DNA from: Actinobacillus sp.
GTDB taxonomy: Bacteria > Pseudomonadota > Gammaproteobacteria > Enterobacterales > Pasteurellaceae
NCBI GenBank assembly: GCA_041854605.1
Contig: JBHACP010000014.1
Location: 12,845-76,844 of the forward strand
Direction of reading: 5' to 3'
Length of the DNA: 64,000 nucleotides
How positions within the stretch are numbered: position 1 is the first letter of the stretch; each line of letters opens with the position of its first letter. This document shows, piece by piece, positions 8,398 to 18,276 of this stretch. The position numbers were made by a program, and so were the translations under genes. The notes under the pieces were generated by a model. The model ran no database searches. It saw nothing but the letters and a program-made list of their open reading frames with translations, and was not told where the DNA came from.

Positions 8398-9312
8398 TCA
8401 GCGTTTTAATTCTATATTTTTTTTGCATTGGCGCCAGTCGTCAAGAGGCAAAATCACTTGGTTGTAAAAACTACCATTGATATGGGTTTTGTGTAAGTGA
8501 TAGCGACGATAAGCGGTAAACAGCTGTTCATCTGCTTTTTGCGGATTAGCCCAAAAGGTTTCTAACGGCTGTTGATCGGTTAGTCCTTCAAAATCATAGT
8601 TGGCTCGCCCAAGGGTTTTAACGGGCATATTGTGCAATAAGGCGGATAACCCGCTGGTGCTGTTTAGCGTAACCATTCCAGCGCCGTGGCGCAAGAAGAC
8701 GGGTAAAGGTACATCTTGAATGTAAAATAGCCGTCCTTTTAGGCTTGGATATTGCTTTTCAAATTCATCAATCACATCGCCATAGTCAATAAAACCTCTA
8801 TCCATCGGATGATGTTTTACAATTAATGTTAAATCATTTGGCGCTTGGTTGGCGAAAGAGTCCAACACTGTACGCAAGAAAGCCTCAACGCTTTCAAAAT
8901 CAGTATGTTCAGAAATTTGGCTATCATCGTGAACTTGCAGCGGCACAATGAAAACTTTGCCAAAGTTACCGTTTTCTACCTGTTTAGCGAAGTTAGATTC
9001 GCGGATTAAATAGCAAGTTCTTTTCACAAAAGATTTTGCCCAAAGTTTAAGGTAATAGTCTATATCTAAAATCCGATGATGGCGGTAATCTTGATATTCT
9101 TCTCTTGCCTTATATGCTTCCCAATAATAACGAATCGCCCGTTTTGCCATTGGTAAGAAACCTTTGGCGACGACCTTTGGTTGCGGTGGTTCGGGTAAAT
9201 CCATAAATTGTTCAAAGTAAAGACGGTGACGTGGAATAGAAGAATACGCATTAACCCCCTCTTTTTCAAACGTCACATAATGCGGTCGAAAATAGCCTTC
9301 TTCAAATGCCCA
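8398..9312 (-). pseudogene. 5-prime-truncated kpsS/lipB/phyB-like capsule polysaccharide modification (Kdo transferase) gene
   Basis: [24 protein letters not shown]...LIVKHHPMDRG...LRHGAGMVTLNSTSGLSALLHNMPVKTLG aligns with E. coli KpsS from about residue 113 onward. About 110 N-terminal codons are missing. The ORF-track start is a TTG inside the junction. Confidence 0.75.
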
Positions 9313-9314
9313 AA

Positions 9315-9437
9315 ATAGTTTCGCATAGTCCGCAGGCAATGAAAGAGTATTGTGACAATACGATGGTGCTAAACAATGGTATTATGTATCAATTCGATAA
9401 TATGGATGAAGCGTATAAATTTTATAACGCTACCTAG
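9315..9437 (+). pseudogene. 3-prime fragment (last ~40 codons) of a bexA/kpsT/cpxA-like capsule export ATPase gene
   Basis: The frame translates [41 protein letters not shown]. influenzae BexA ends [43 protein letters not shown]. No upstream part of the gene is present. Confidence 0.75.
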
Positions 9438-9449
9438 GAATTTGTTGCT

Positions 9450-9487
9450 AAATCCGCCCTCCAAAAATGCTAGAGTGCGGATTTTTT
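9450..9487 (+). terminator. Intrinsic terminator retained after the bexA-like fragment
   Basis: AAATCCGC...GCGGATTT stem followed by a T-run. Confidence 0.6.
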
Positions 9488-9625
9488 GCAAAATTTTAGG
9501 AAAAAGCGACCGCTTGCAACTCGGTACAAGCTGATAATTCCATACCTGCTACAAGCGGTGAAATTTACTCTTTTTTCCATAATATTCTCCATTTGAGAGT
9601 GATTTGTAATACCGCAGGTTGTTTT

Positions 9626-9639
9626 TTGAGGTAGATCAT
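9626..9639. promoter_or_regulatory. FNR-like site upstream of frdA
   Basis: TTGAGGTAGATCAT matches the consensus TTGAT-N4-ATCAA at 8/10 positions. It lies about 120 nt upstream of the frdA ATG. frd operons are classically FNR-activated. Confidence 0.45.
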
Positions 9640-9759
9640 AAAATACCTCTTTTTATGTAATAAATTGCGGTCAAAGGGTTACTGTTCTACCTCTTTAATG
9701 GCAAAATAAGTCTGATTTTTTAACGAGTTAAATAAATTTATATTTTTGGAGTGCTAACT

Positions 9760-11562
9760 ATGCAAAATATGCAAAGCGTTAATTTTGATGTGGCAATCGT
9801 CGGCGCTGGCGGTGGTGGTTTACGTGCAGCAATTGCTGCAGCAGAAGCCAATCCGAACCTTAAAATTGCGCTAATTTCAAAAGTTTACCCGATGCGTAGT
9901 CATACTGTGGCAGCAGAGGGTGGTTCAGCAGCAGTAATTAAAGATAACGATTCATATGACAATCACTTTAACGATACCGTGGGTGGGGGCGACTGGTTAT
10001 GCGAGCAAGATGTTGTGGAATATTTCGTGCAACACTCACCTATTGAAATGACTCAATTAGAGCGTTGGGGTTGTCCATGGAGCCGTCGTGAAGATGGTGA
10101 AGTGAATGTGCGTCGTTTTGGTGGGATGAAAATCGAACGTACGTGGTTCGCCGCCGATAAAACAGGCTTCCATATGCTACACACGCTATTCCAAACTTCG
10201 ATCAAATATCCAAACATCGTGCGTTTTGATGAACACTTCGTATTAGACATCCTAACCGACAACGGTGAGGCACGTGGTTGTGTTGCGATGAATATGATGG
10301 AAGGTAAATTAGTGCAAATCAATGCGAAAGCAGTAGTAATTGCAACAGGTGGTGGCTGCCGTACTTATCGCTTCAACACTAACGGTGGTATTGTAACAGG
10401 TGATGGCTTATCAATGGCATATCGCCACGGTGTAGCCCTGCGTGATATGGAATTTGTGCAATATCACCCAACGGGCTTGCCGAACACAGGGATTTTGATG
10501 ACCGAAGGTTGTCGTGGTGAAGGTGGTATCTTAGTCAATAAAGATGGCTATCGCTATTTACAAGATTACGGTCTAGGTCCTGAAACGCCAATCGGCAAAC
10601 CTGAAAATAAATATATGGAATTGGGGCCTCGTGACCGCGTTTCACAAGCTTTCTGGCAAGAATGGAAAAAAGGCAATACTTTAAAAACCGCTAAAGGTGT
10701 GGATGTTGTCCACCTTGATTTACGTCACTTAGGTGAAAAACATTTGCTTGAACGTTTACCGTTTATTTGTGAATTAGCACGTGCTTATGAAGGGGTTGAT
10801 CCTGTTACTGCGCCAATTCCTGTACGTCCTGTGGTTCATTACACTATGGGTGGGATTGAAGTGGATATGAACGCTGAAACGACAATTAAGGGTTTATTCG
10901 CAGTAGGTGAATGTGCTTCTTCAGGCTTGCACGGGGCAAACCGTTTAGGTTCCAACTCATTAGCGGAGCTGGCAGTATTTGGTCGAGTTGCTGGTGAATC
11001 TGCCGCACGTCACGCATTACAAGCAGGTGAAGCAAATCAAGCGGTCATCGATGCACAAGCACGTGATGTAGTGGCTCGTTTAATGGCGTTAGCACAACAA
11101 GAAGGTAATGAATCCTACGCAGACATCCGTAACCAAATGGGTGACTCAATGGAAAATGGTTGTGGTATCTACCGTACTCAAGAAGGTATGGAAGAAACGG
11201 TAAATAAAATTGAAGAGCTGAAAGAGCGTTACAAACGTATTAGCGTGAAAGATAAATCTAGCGTATTCAATACCGATCTTCTCTACAAAATTGAGTTAGG
11301 TTTCATTTTAGACGTAGCGCAAGCTATCGCTTGTTCAGCCGTAGAACGTAAAGAGTCACGTGGCGCACACCAACGTTTAGACGCGACAGAACGTGATGAT
11401 GTGAACTACTTAAAACACACTCAAGCGTACTTTAACGCAAATGGCAAACCAACCATCAAATACAGCGATGTGAAAATCACTAAATCACAACCTGCGAAAC
11501 GTGTATATGGTGCAGAAGGTGCCGCTCAAGAAGCAGCGAAAAAAGCAGCAGAACAGAAATAG
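9760..11562 (+). CDS. frdA: Fumarate reductase flavoprotein subunit
   Basis: Near-colinear match to E. coli FrdA (DVAIVGAGGGGLRAAIAAAEANPNLKIALISKVYPMRSHTVAAEGG...). The ATG at 9760 lies after GGAG. Confidence 0.97.
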   Translation: MQNMQSVNFDVAIVGAGGGGLRAAIAAAEANPNLKIALISKVYPMRSHTVAAEGGSAAVIKDNDSYDNHFNDTVGGGDWLCEQDVVEYFVQHSPIEMTQLERWGCPWSRREDGEVNVRRFGGMKIERTWFAADKTGFHMLHTLFQTSIKYPNIVRFDEHFVLDILTDNGEARGCVAMNMMEGKLVQINAKAVVIATGGGCRTYRFNTNGGIVTGDGLSMAYRHGVALRDMEFVQYHPTGLPNTGILMTEGCRGEGGILVNKDGYRYLQDYGLGPETPIGKPENKYMELGPRDRVSQAFWQEWKKGNTLKTAKGVDVVHLDLRHLGEKHLLERLPFICELARAYEGVDPVTAPIPVRPVVHYTMGGIEVDMNAETTIKGLFAVGECASSGLHGANRLGSNSLAELAVFGRVAGESAARHALQAGEANQAVIDAQARDVVARLMALAQQEGNESYADIRNQMGDSMENGCGIYRTQEGMEETVNKIEELKERYKRISVKDKSSVFNTDLLYKIELGFILDVAQAIACSAVERKESRGAHQRLDATERDDVNYLKHTQAYFNANGKPTIKYSDVKITKSQPAKRVYGAEGAAQEAAKKAAEQK

Positions 11563-11571
11563 GGGATAGCT

Positions 11572-12297
11572 ATGGAAAAAATGACTATTGAAGTGCTTCG
11601 TTATAATCCAGAACAAGATAGCGAACCGCATTTAGAAAAATATTCAGTACCGTTTGACGGTCAAACTTCACTCTTAGATGCACTTAATTACATTAAAGAT
11701 GAATTAGAACCAGAACTTTCCTATCGCTGGTCTTGCCGTATGGCGATCTGTGGTTCGTGCGGGATGATGGTAAATGGCAAACCAAAACTGGCTTGTAAAA
11801 CCTTCTTACGTGATTACAGCGGCTTTATGCGCATTGAGCCACTGTCAAACTTCCCAATTGAACGTGACTTAGTGGTGGATTTAAGCCACTTCATTGATTC
11901 TATTGAAGCGATTCAGCCGTATATCGTAGATAACAAAGCACCTGAAGGACAACGTACCAAACAAACCCCTGCACAGCTTGAGAAATACCGCCAATTCTCG
12001 ATGTGCATCAACTGTGGTTTATGTTACGCAGCCTGTCCGCAATTTGGTTTAAACCCAGAGTTTATAGGTCCTGCGGCAATTACACTTGCCCATCGTTATA
12101 ACTTAGATAACCGTGATAATGGTCGTGAAGCGCGTATGAAGCTGCTAAACAGCAAAAACGGCGTATGGGCGTGTACTTTCGTGGGTTACTGCTCAGAAGT
12201 TTGCCCAAAACATGTAGGTCCTGCTTCAGCCATCAATACCAACAAATTGATTGGTGCGAAAGACTACGTAATTTCAATGTTAAAACCAAAAGGCTAG
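11572..12297 (+). CDS. frdB: Fumarate reductase iron-sulfur subunit
   Basis: Contains the 2Fe-2S, 4Fe-4S and 3Fe-4S Cys clusters ([34 protein letters not shown]). Position follows frdA. Confidence 0.95.
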   Translation: MEKMTIEVLRYNPEQDSEPHLEKYSVPFDGQTSLLDALNYIKDELEPELSYRWSCRMAICGSCGMMVNGKPKLACKTFLRDYSGFMRIEPLSNFPIERDLVVDLSHFIDSIEAIQPYIVDNKAPEGQRTKQTPAQLEKYRQFSMCINCGLCYAACPQFGLNPEFIGPAAITLAHRYNLDNRDNGREARMKLLNSKNGVWACTFVGYCSEVCPKHVGPASAINTNKLIGAKDYVISMLKPKG

Positions 12298-12306
12298 GGG
12301 GAAGTT

Positions 12307-12705
12307 ATGACAACAGCAACAAAACGTAAAGCCTATGTTCGTGAAATGAAACCGAACTGGTGGCAAAAACTTGGTTTCTACAAATTCTATATGCTGCGTG
12401 AAGCCACGGCGATCCCAACTGTTTGGTTCAGCATTGTGTTACTTTTAGGTGTTATAACCATCTCAAACGGCACATTTACCACAGATTTCGTAGCGTTCTT
12501 AAAAAATCCACTCGTGATTATTTTAAACCTTGTTAGCCTTGCTGCAATGGTATTGCACGCTAAAACCTTATTTGAAATGATGCAACCTGTAATGGGCATT
12601 ATGGTAGGGGGCAAATACCTCGAACAAGAAAAAATGGTAAAAATCTTGTGGGGTGTGTTTGCAGTAGCAACAGTTGTTATCCTTGTATTAGCTTTTGCTT
12701 TATAG
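12307..12705 (+). CDS. frdC: Fumarate reductase membrane anchor subunit C
   Basis: 132-aa protein with three predicted transmembrane segments, in the third position of the frd operon. Confidence 0.9.
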   Translation: MTTATKRKAYVREMKPNWWQKLGFYKFYMLREATAIPTVWFSIVLLLGVITISNGTFTTDFVAFLKNPLVIILNLVSLAAMVLHAKTLFEMMQPVMGIMVGGKYLEQEKMVKILWGVFAVATVVILVLAFAL

Positions 12706-12715
12706 GAGAAAGAAA

Positions 12716-13066
12716 ATGAGCGCACAAGATATTGTTAATAAAGCAGAAAAATCGAATGAACCACCAGTATGGTTAATGTTTAGTGCAGGCGGTTCTGTGA
12801 GTGCATTTTTAATCCCTGCGGTAATTATCATCTTAGGTATTTTATTGCCACTAGGGATGGTTAGTGCTGAAGGTATTGTCGAATTTGCCCGCTCGTGGTT
12901 CGGTAAATTAGTCATTTTAGTGTTAGCGATCTTCCCAATGTGGGCTGGTTTACACCGTATCCACCACAGTTTACACGATTTCAAAATCCACTTAAGCGGT
13001 ACGATTTTTTACGGCTTAGCCGCACTTTATAGCTTGGTTATCTTCGGTTACGTATGTAGCCTGTAA
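12716..13066 (+). CDS. frdD: Fumarate reductase membrane anchor subunit D
   Basis: About 116-aa hydrophobic protein. The ATG at 12716 follows AGGAG. Fourth gene of the frd operon. Confidence 0.9.
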   Translation: MSAQDIVNKAEKSNEPPVWLMFSAGGSVSAFLIPAVIIILGILLPLGMVSAEGIVEFARSWFGKLVILVLAIFPMWAGLHRIHHSLHDFKIHLSGTIFYGLAALYSLVIFGYVCSL

Positions 13067-13089
13067 TACAAGCGGTCAAAAAAGCTGAA

Positions 13090-13120
13090 AACCTTGCAAA
13101 TTTGTTTGCAAGGTTTTTTT
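13090..13120 (+). terminator. Intrinsic terminator after frdD
   Basis: AACCTTGCAAA-TTTG-TTTGCAAGGTT hairpin followed by a T-run. Confidence 0.75.
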
Positions 13121-13126
13121 GTGGTT

Positions 13127-13345
13127 TTAAAGTTTATCGTTTTGGGCTTGTTTAACACATCTTTCATAAGTTAATGTTTGAGCCAGCGATCTTGGGTCAT
13201 ATTCTTGAGATTTAGACTGTCGAACGGCTCTATCATAACAATAGCCATCTAAGTTCGGATAATCGTCATAATTGTGGCTATATGTATATTCTTTAGCAGA
13301 ACACCCAATGAGGAGAATGCTAAAAATAATAAATAAATTTTTCAT
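13127..13345 (-). CDS. Small hypothetical lipoprotein
   Basis: 72 aa. Signal peptide with lipobox LLIG-C. Mature part is Cys-containing (CYDRAV...YERCVKQ). Weak SD. Confidence 0.55.
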   Translation of the reverse strand: MKNLFIIFSILLIGCSAKEYTYSHNYDDYPNLDGYCYDRAVRQSKSQEYDPRSLAQTLTYERCVKQAQNDKL

Positions 13346-13381
13346 CGTTTATCTAATATTTAATAATGTTGCTGCTTGCCA

Positions 13382-13597
13382 CTAATTTCTTCTACAACGG
13401 TTGTAGCGAATTTCACTCTCTATTTGAGTTGGAATATGACTAGGTTGAGAAGATATGGCCTCATAGTAGCATTTTTCGTTTTGATATAAGGGATCTTCTA
13501 GTTTTACGGCTTGTTCTTGAGAGTGACAACCAGTTAATAAAAGCGAAAGGCAGCCAACAACAAATTGTACCAAAATGGCTTTCTTTAATTTACCCAT
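13382..13597 (-). CDS. Small hypothetical lipoprotein
   Basis: 71 aa. Lipobox LLTG-C, SD AAGGAAA. Mature part has a similar Cys spacing (CYYEAI...YNRCRRN). Confidence 0.6.
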   Translation of the reverse strand: MGKLKKAILVQFVVGCLSLLLTGCHSQEQAVKLEDPLYQNEKCYYEAISSQPSHIPTQIESEIRYNRCRRN

Positions 13598-13892
13598 AGT
13601 AAGTTTTCCTTTTGGTGATACTAAGATTTACTACCCAATAATAATGATTCTTATCTGCTTAGCAAGTATAAAGAGGCTAGTTGTACCAGCCGCTCTGAAT
13701 GCAAGCGGTTAAATTTTGCAAAAACTTTGCTGATTTCTTTAATTTGTATAAATTTCCATTAAATTGAATATAAAACAACCTGTTAAAAAAATGCTTTTGA
13801 ACCATTCGCAGTGGGTTTCGTCTTAGCAAACATAAGTTGCGATGTGCAATTTATTTTCTATGTAATATAAACATAAATTTGAGGAATCTCAT

Positions 13893-14093
13893 ATGAAATC
13901 AATGTTAAAAGTATTTGGTGTATTAGCATTAGCAGTAACCGTATCAGCGTGTGGCAATATGACTAAAACTCAACGCAATACTGCAATTGGTGCTGCAGTA
14001 GGTGGCGTTGCTGGTCACGCAATTGGTGAATCTACTGGTGCAACCTTAGGTGGTGCAGCACTAGGTGGCTTAATTGGTAGCCAAGTTAAATAA
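13893..14093 (+). CDS. Glycine-zipper small outer-membrane lipoprotein (OsmB/Pcp/SlyB-like)
   Basis: 66 aa. Lipobox VSA-C, then AIGAAVGGVAGHAIGESTGATLGGAALGGLIG glycine-zipper repeats. SD GAGGAA. Confidence 0.8.
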   Translation: MKSMLKVFGVLALAVTVSACGNMTKTQRNTAIGAAVGGVAGHAIGESTGATLGGAALGGLIGSQVK

Positions 14094-14104
14094 GTAAGAA
14101 AGCA

Positions 14105-14125
14105 GCCGTCGTAAGACGGCTTTTT
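14105..14125 (+). terminator. Intrinsic terminator
   Basis: GCCGTC-GTAA-GACGGC followed by TTTTT. Confidence 0.8.
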
Positions 14126-14172
14126 ATGTATATAGGGAATGGGCTATCTGAATGAGGCAGCCCAAGTTTTAT

Positions 14173-15666
14173 CTAAGTCAGTTTATAAGCAGCATCATTC
14201 CAACGTAGTTCATTTCTGAGTTGAGCCAGTTGCGTATCTTGATTGATATGAATAAATTCCACGCCAAAGTATTCCGCAAAGGTGCGGAGCATTTCAGCAT
14301 CAATATCTAAACTAAATACGCTATGGTGTGCGCCACCTGCGAGAATCCACGCTTGTGTGCCGACATCAAAGTTCGGTTGCAGTTTCCAAAAAGCGTGCCC
14401 TACAGGAAGTTTGGGCATTGCATGTGGTGGTTCAATCGTCTCTAAATCAGCAACCACCATTCGGAAGCGATTGCCCATATCCACCACTGTTGCGTTGATT
14501 GCGTTGCCTGCTTTGCTGCTAAAAATCAGGCGTACAGGATCCGCTTTACCGCCAATACCAAGTGGTCGAATGGCGAGTTTTGGTTTAGCATTCGCAATTG
14601 ACGGGCAGACTTCTAACATATGCGCCCCCAGCACCACTTGATTTTGTTCATCTAAATCGTAGGTGTAATCTTCCATAAATGAAGAACCTTTCGGTAAGCT
14701 GTAGCCCATTACTTTCACGGCACGCACAAGGGCGGCGGTTTTCCAGTCGCCTTCGCCACCAAAGCCGTAGCCTTGTTCCATCAAGCGTTGTACAGCCAAA
14801 CCTGGCAATTGTTGAATGCCGTTGAGGTTTTGGAAGTTATCAGTAAAGGCTTTAAAGCCGCCTTCGTCTAATAGTTGTTTTAAACCTAATTCAATGCGCG
14901 CCGAGTATTCAAGCGATGATCGGTTTTCGCCACCTGCTTGTAAGCTCGGTTCGACTTCATACAAGCGGTCATATTCTGCTAATAATTTGCAAACGGCTTC
15001 ATCAGACACGGCGTTAATTGCTTCAGCCAGCTCATATACGCCATAACCATTCACGCTATAGCCGAAGGTCATTTGGGCTTCCACTTTATCGCCTTCGGTT
15101 ACGGCAACTTCACGCATATTGTCACCAAAGCGAGCTACTTTCAGATGTCGATGATCGTAAATTGCTGTGGCGACACGTTGCCAACGGTCGAATTTTTGTT
15201 TTACTTCGCTATCTTGCCAGTGCCCAACTATGATAGTGCGCGCTTGGCGCAGGCGAGAAACCATAAAGCCAAATTCACGGTCACCGTGGGCGGTTTGGTG
15301 CAGGTTCATATAATCCATATCAATTTCGTCCCACGGAATATGACGGTGAAACTGAGTGTGAAATTGCACCAGTGGTTTACTAAGTTGCAGCAAGCCTGCA
15401 ATCCACATTTTGGCTGGTGAGAAGGTGTGCATCCACGCAATTACGCCAATACAATTTTCTTGGTAATTGGCTTCTTTACAAACGGTAAAGATCTCTTCGG
15501 GTGTTGTAGCGATGGGTTTCAGTTTGATTTTAACAAACGGATTTTGCTGATTGAGATAATCGACGATTTGGGCTGCATCTTTTTCGACTTGTTTGAGTGC
15601 TTCTGTGCCATAAAGATGTTGGCTGCCAACGATAAACCAAGTTTCAAGTGATTTAATAAATTCCAT
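14173..15666 (-). CDS. araA: L-arabinose isomerase
   Basis: 497 aa. ETWFIVGSQHLYG...MHTFSPAKMW...GFGGEGDWKTAALVR is typical AraA. SD AGGAG. Confidence 0.95.
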   Translation of the reverse strand: MEFIKSLETWFIVGSQHLYGTEALKQVEKDAAQIVDYLNQQNPFVKIKLKPIATTPEEIFTVCKEANYQENCIGVIAWMHTFSPAKMWIAGLLQLSKPLVQFHTQFHRHIPWDEIDMDYMNLHQTAHGDREFGFMVSRLRQARTIIVGHWQDSEVKQKFDRWQRVATAIYDHRHLKVARFGDNMREVAVTEGDKVEAQMTFGYSVNGYGVYELAEAINAVSDEAVCKLLAEYDRLYEVEPSLQAGGENRSSLEYSARIELGLKQLLDEGGFKAFTDNFQNLNGIQQLPGLAVQRLMEQGYGFGGEGDWKTAALVRAVKVMGYSLPKGSSFMEDYTYDLDEQNQVVLGAHMLEVCPSIANAKPKLAIRPLGIGGKADPVRLIFSSKAGNAINATVVDMGNRFRMVVADLETIEPPHAMPKLPVGHAFWKLQPNFDVGTQAWILAGGAHHSVFSLDIDAEMLRTFAEYFGVEFIHINQDTQLAQLRNELRWNDAAYKLT

Positions 15667-15684
15667 TATAAACTCCTATTTTCA

Positions 15685-17286
15685 TTATGATTTGGTTGCA
15701 AGTACCGCTTGTTCTACCACAGCGATACCTCTAGTGTAATGTTGCATAAATTGCGCATAGCCCTGGACCATTTGGCGGTCAGGCTCTACTCGAGTCGTAT
15801 TGGCGGCTTTGAATATGTGGTTATTTAAATAATCTTCTAATGACAAATGATCTTTACAAGCGGTCAAATAATTAGCTAATAATGCAATGCCCCAAGCGCC
15901 GCCTTCGCTTGCGGTTTCCATCGTTGCAATCGGTACATTCAGCGCAGAAGCTAAGATTTTTGGTGCTACATTGTGTGTTTTGAAAATACCACCGTGTCCG
16001 AGAATTTGGCTAATTTGAACCTGTTCTTGTTGCAGTAAAATATCCATTCCAAGTTTCATCGCTCCGAAAGCGGTGTAAAGGTGTACTCGCATAAAATTCG
16101 CTAAGTTGAAATGCGCCTTGGCAGGGTGCATAAAGGTTGGGCAGCCTTCGGCAAGCCCGACAATATGTTCGCCTGAATAGAAGCCGTAAGACAATAAACT
16201 GCCACAATCGGCATCGCCCTCTAAGGCTTTGAGGAAGAGTTTTTCGTAAAGCGCATTGGTATCACAGTGCACGCCAAAGGTTTGTAACGCTTCATTGAAT
16301 AACCCGACCCACGCATTGAGATCGGAAGAGCAGTTATTCGAGTGTGCCATTGCCACTAATTTACCTGTTGGCGTGGTGACTAAATCAAGTTCAGGGTAAA
16401 CTTTGGAGAGGTTTTTCTCTAATACAATCATCGCAAAAGCAGACGTGCCTGCGGAGATATTGCCTGTTTTTTCCGCGATGCTATTGGTGGCGACCATTCC
16501 CGTGCTTGCATCGCCTTCGGGCGGGCAGAATACCGAACCTGCTGTGAGTTGCCAAGTTGGATCGAGCAATTTCGCCCCTTGTTCAGTTAAATAACCTGCG
16601 TGTTGCCCAGCTTCTAACACCTGTGGCAGGATTTGAGCTAATTGCCAGTTAAATTGTTGCGGTTTCACCAGCGCATTAAAGCGTTCAATCATTCTCACAT
16701 CATAATTTTTTCTGGCTATATCAATCGGGAACATCCCTGAAGCATCGCCAATACCTAGCACTTTTTGCCCTGTTAGTTGCCAATGGACATAACCCGCAAG
16801 GGTAGTGAAATAGTCAATCTGCTGAACGTGAGGCTCTTTATTGAGAATCGCCTGATAGAGATGAGCAATACTCCAGCGTTGTGGAATATTGTAAGAGAAT
16901 AGCTGCGTGAGTTCTTGGGCAGCGACAGCGGTAATGTTATTGCGCCAAGTACGAAATGGCACGAGCAATTGGTTATTTTTATCGAAAGCTAGATAGCCGT
17001 GCATCATCGCACTAATGCCAATCATCCCAATTTTGCGTAATGGCTGTTGATAACGAGTTTGCACATCCTCACTGAGTGCTTTATAGGCTTGTTGCACACC
17101 GTGCCAAACTTCATCCAGTGGGTAAGTCCACACGCCATTATCGAGGTGATTTTCCCAATTAAAACCACCGCTTGCTAGGATATTTCCTTGTTGATCAATC
17201 AAGACGGCTTTGATGCGAGTGGAGCCAAACTCAATGCCTAATGAGGTTTGCCCTTCTGTAATCGTTTTTTGTATTTCTAACATCAT
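15685..17286 (-). CDS. FGGY-family sugar kinase, probable L-ribulokinase by operon context
   Basis: 533 aa with an FGGY N-terminal motif (LGIEFGSTRIKAVLID) and a C-terminal GHGGIF motif. It lies between araC and araA. It does not look colinear with E. coli AraB as I remember it, so no symbol is given. The start may be the second ATG (17283). Confidence 0.8.
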   Translation of the reverse strand: MMLEIQKTITEGQTSLGIEFGSTRIKAVLIDQQGNILASGGFNWENHLDNGVWTYPLDEVWHGVQQAYKALSEDVQTRYQQPLRKIGMIGISAMMHGYLAFDKNNQLLVPFRTWRNNITAVAAQELTQLFSYNIPQRWSIAHLYQAILNKEPHVQQIDYFTTLAGYVHWQLTGQKVLGIGDASGMFPIDIARKNYDVRMIERFNALVKPQQFNWQLAQILPQVLEAGQHAGYLTEQGAKLLDPTWQLTAGSVFCPPEGDASTGMVATNSIAEKTGNISAGTSAFAMIVLEKNLSKVYPELDLVTTPTGKLVAMAHSNNCSSDLNAWVGLFNEALQTFGVHCDTNALYEKLFLKALEGDADCGSLLSYGFYSGEHIVGLAEGCPTFMHPAKAHFNLANFMRVHLYTAFGAMKLGMDILLQQEQVQISQILGHGGIFKTHNVAPKILASALNVPIATMETASEGGAWGIALLANYLTACKDHLSLEDYLNNHIFKAANTTRVEPDRQMVQGYAQFMQHYTRGIAVVEQAVLATKS

Positions 17287-17346
17287 AAACTCCCTGAACG
17301 AGAACTTGTTTTGATGATTAGATTACCCCTCTCAAGTGGAAATAGT

Positions 17347-17388
17347 TAGAGGGGAAAAAGCTATTTATATGGATAATTTGGTTATGCT
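17347..17388 (-). promoter_or_regulatory. araI-like AraC half-sites upstream of the kinase-araA operon
   Basis: The minus strand reads AGCATAACCAAATTATCCATA then TAGCTTTTTCCCCTCTA, resembling E. coli araI1 TAGCATTTTTATCCATA and araI2. The sites sit directly downstream of the CRP site, in the same order as in E. coli PBAD. Confidence 0.5.
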
Positions 17389-17396
17389 TTTAAAAC

Positions 17397-17412
17397 TGAG
17401 AACTAGATCACA
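17397..17412. promoter_or_regulatory. CRP-like site upstream of the kinase-araA operon
   Basis: TGAGAACTAGATCACA. Confidence 0.55.
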
Positions 17413-17415
17413 AAT

Positions 17416-18270
17416 TTAGCGAGAATCTCTAAAAATAGAGGGGCTTAACCCTGTATAACGCTTGAAAATACGCGAGAAGTAGAGTTGATCATCATAGCCT
17501 AATTGGCGGGCGATATGATAAATCGGTGCATTAGAGGTATGTAATAAATGCCGCGCTTTGATCATACGTTGTTCTTCTCGCCATTTCACTAAACTGCTGC
17601 CCACTTGTTCGACAAAGAGATGGGTTAAGCGAGATGGTGAAAGGTGAATATGTGCGGCAAGTTCTTCGATTTTATAGTTGATATGCAAGTTATCGGAAAT
17701 AAAGTGGCACACTTCTAAAATTCGAGGATCGAGCGAGCGTTCGGTATTGGAAGGTTCCAATTCAAAACAGGTAATCAGTAGTTGTTCAAGCAAGCACATT
17801 GACATCGCTTCTGAGAAAATTTTGCCTGAGTTGTATTCCTGCTCAATTTGGGCAAATAAAGTGGTTATTTTTTCATATTTTTTTGCATCTTCAATCCGAA
17901 TTCGGCCGACGTTTTTGGTCGTATTGCTCCACGTTAGCCATTCTTGCCATAAAGCTCTTGGGCGGAAATAAATCCATTGGTGATGCCAAGAATCTGCGTG
18001 TTTGGCACGTTGATAGTCGTGTATGGCATTGGGTGGGAACAAAAGTAGATCACCTACTTGGCAATTAAATTGGTGATCGTTGCGAAAGACGGAGCCTGTG
18101 CCTTTGGTGGTTAAATGGATGATAAAACCATTCATCCCGTTTGGGCGATAGATCGGAAAATCCAGCTCGTTACCTTTTTCAATTTGGGTACAACCCGCTA
18201 CTAAGTAAGCATTGAAGTTGTACCCAGGGAGAAGAGGATTGGTTTGAGTTTCTGTTGTGTTTTGTTTCAT
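17416..18270 (-). CDS. araC: Arabinose operon regulator AraC
   Basis: NPLLPGYNFNAYLVAG...WHHQWIYFRPRALWQEWL...DDQLYFSRIFKRYTGLSPSIF is colinear with E. coli AraC. The gene starts 6 nt after the araH stop. Confidence 0.93.
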   Translation of the reverse strand: MKQNTTETQTNPLLPGYNFNAYLVAGCTQIEKGNELDFPIYRPNGMNGFIIHLTTKGTGSVFRNDHQFNCQVGDLLLFPPNAIHDYQRAKHADSWHHQWIYFRPRALWQEWLTWSNTTKNVGRIRIEDAKKYEKITTLFAQIEQEYNSGKIFSEAMSMCLLEQLLITCFELEPSNTERSLDPRILEVCHFISDNLHINYKIEELAAHIHLSPSRLTHLFVEQVGSSLVKWREEQRMIKARHLLHTSNAPIYHIARQLGYDDQLYFSRIFKRYTGLSPSIFRDSR

Positions 18271-18276
18271 AACGTT

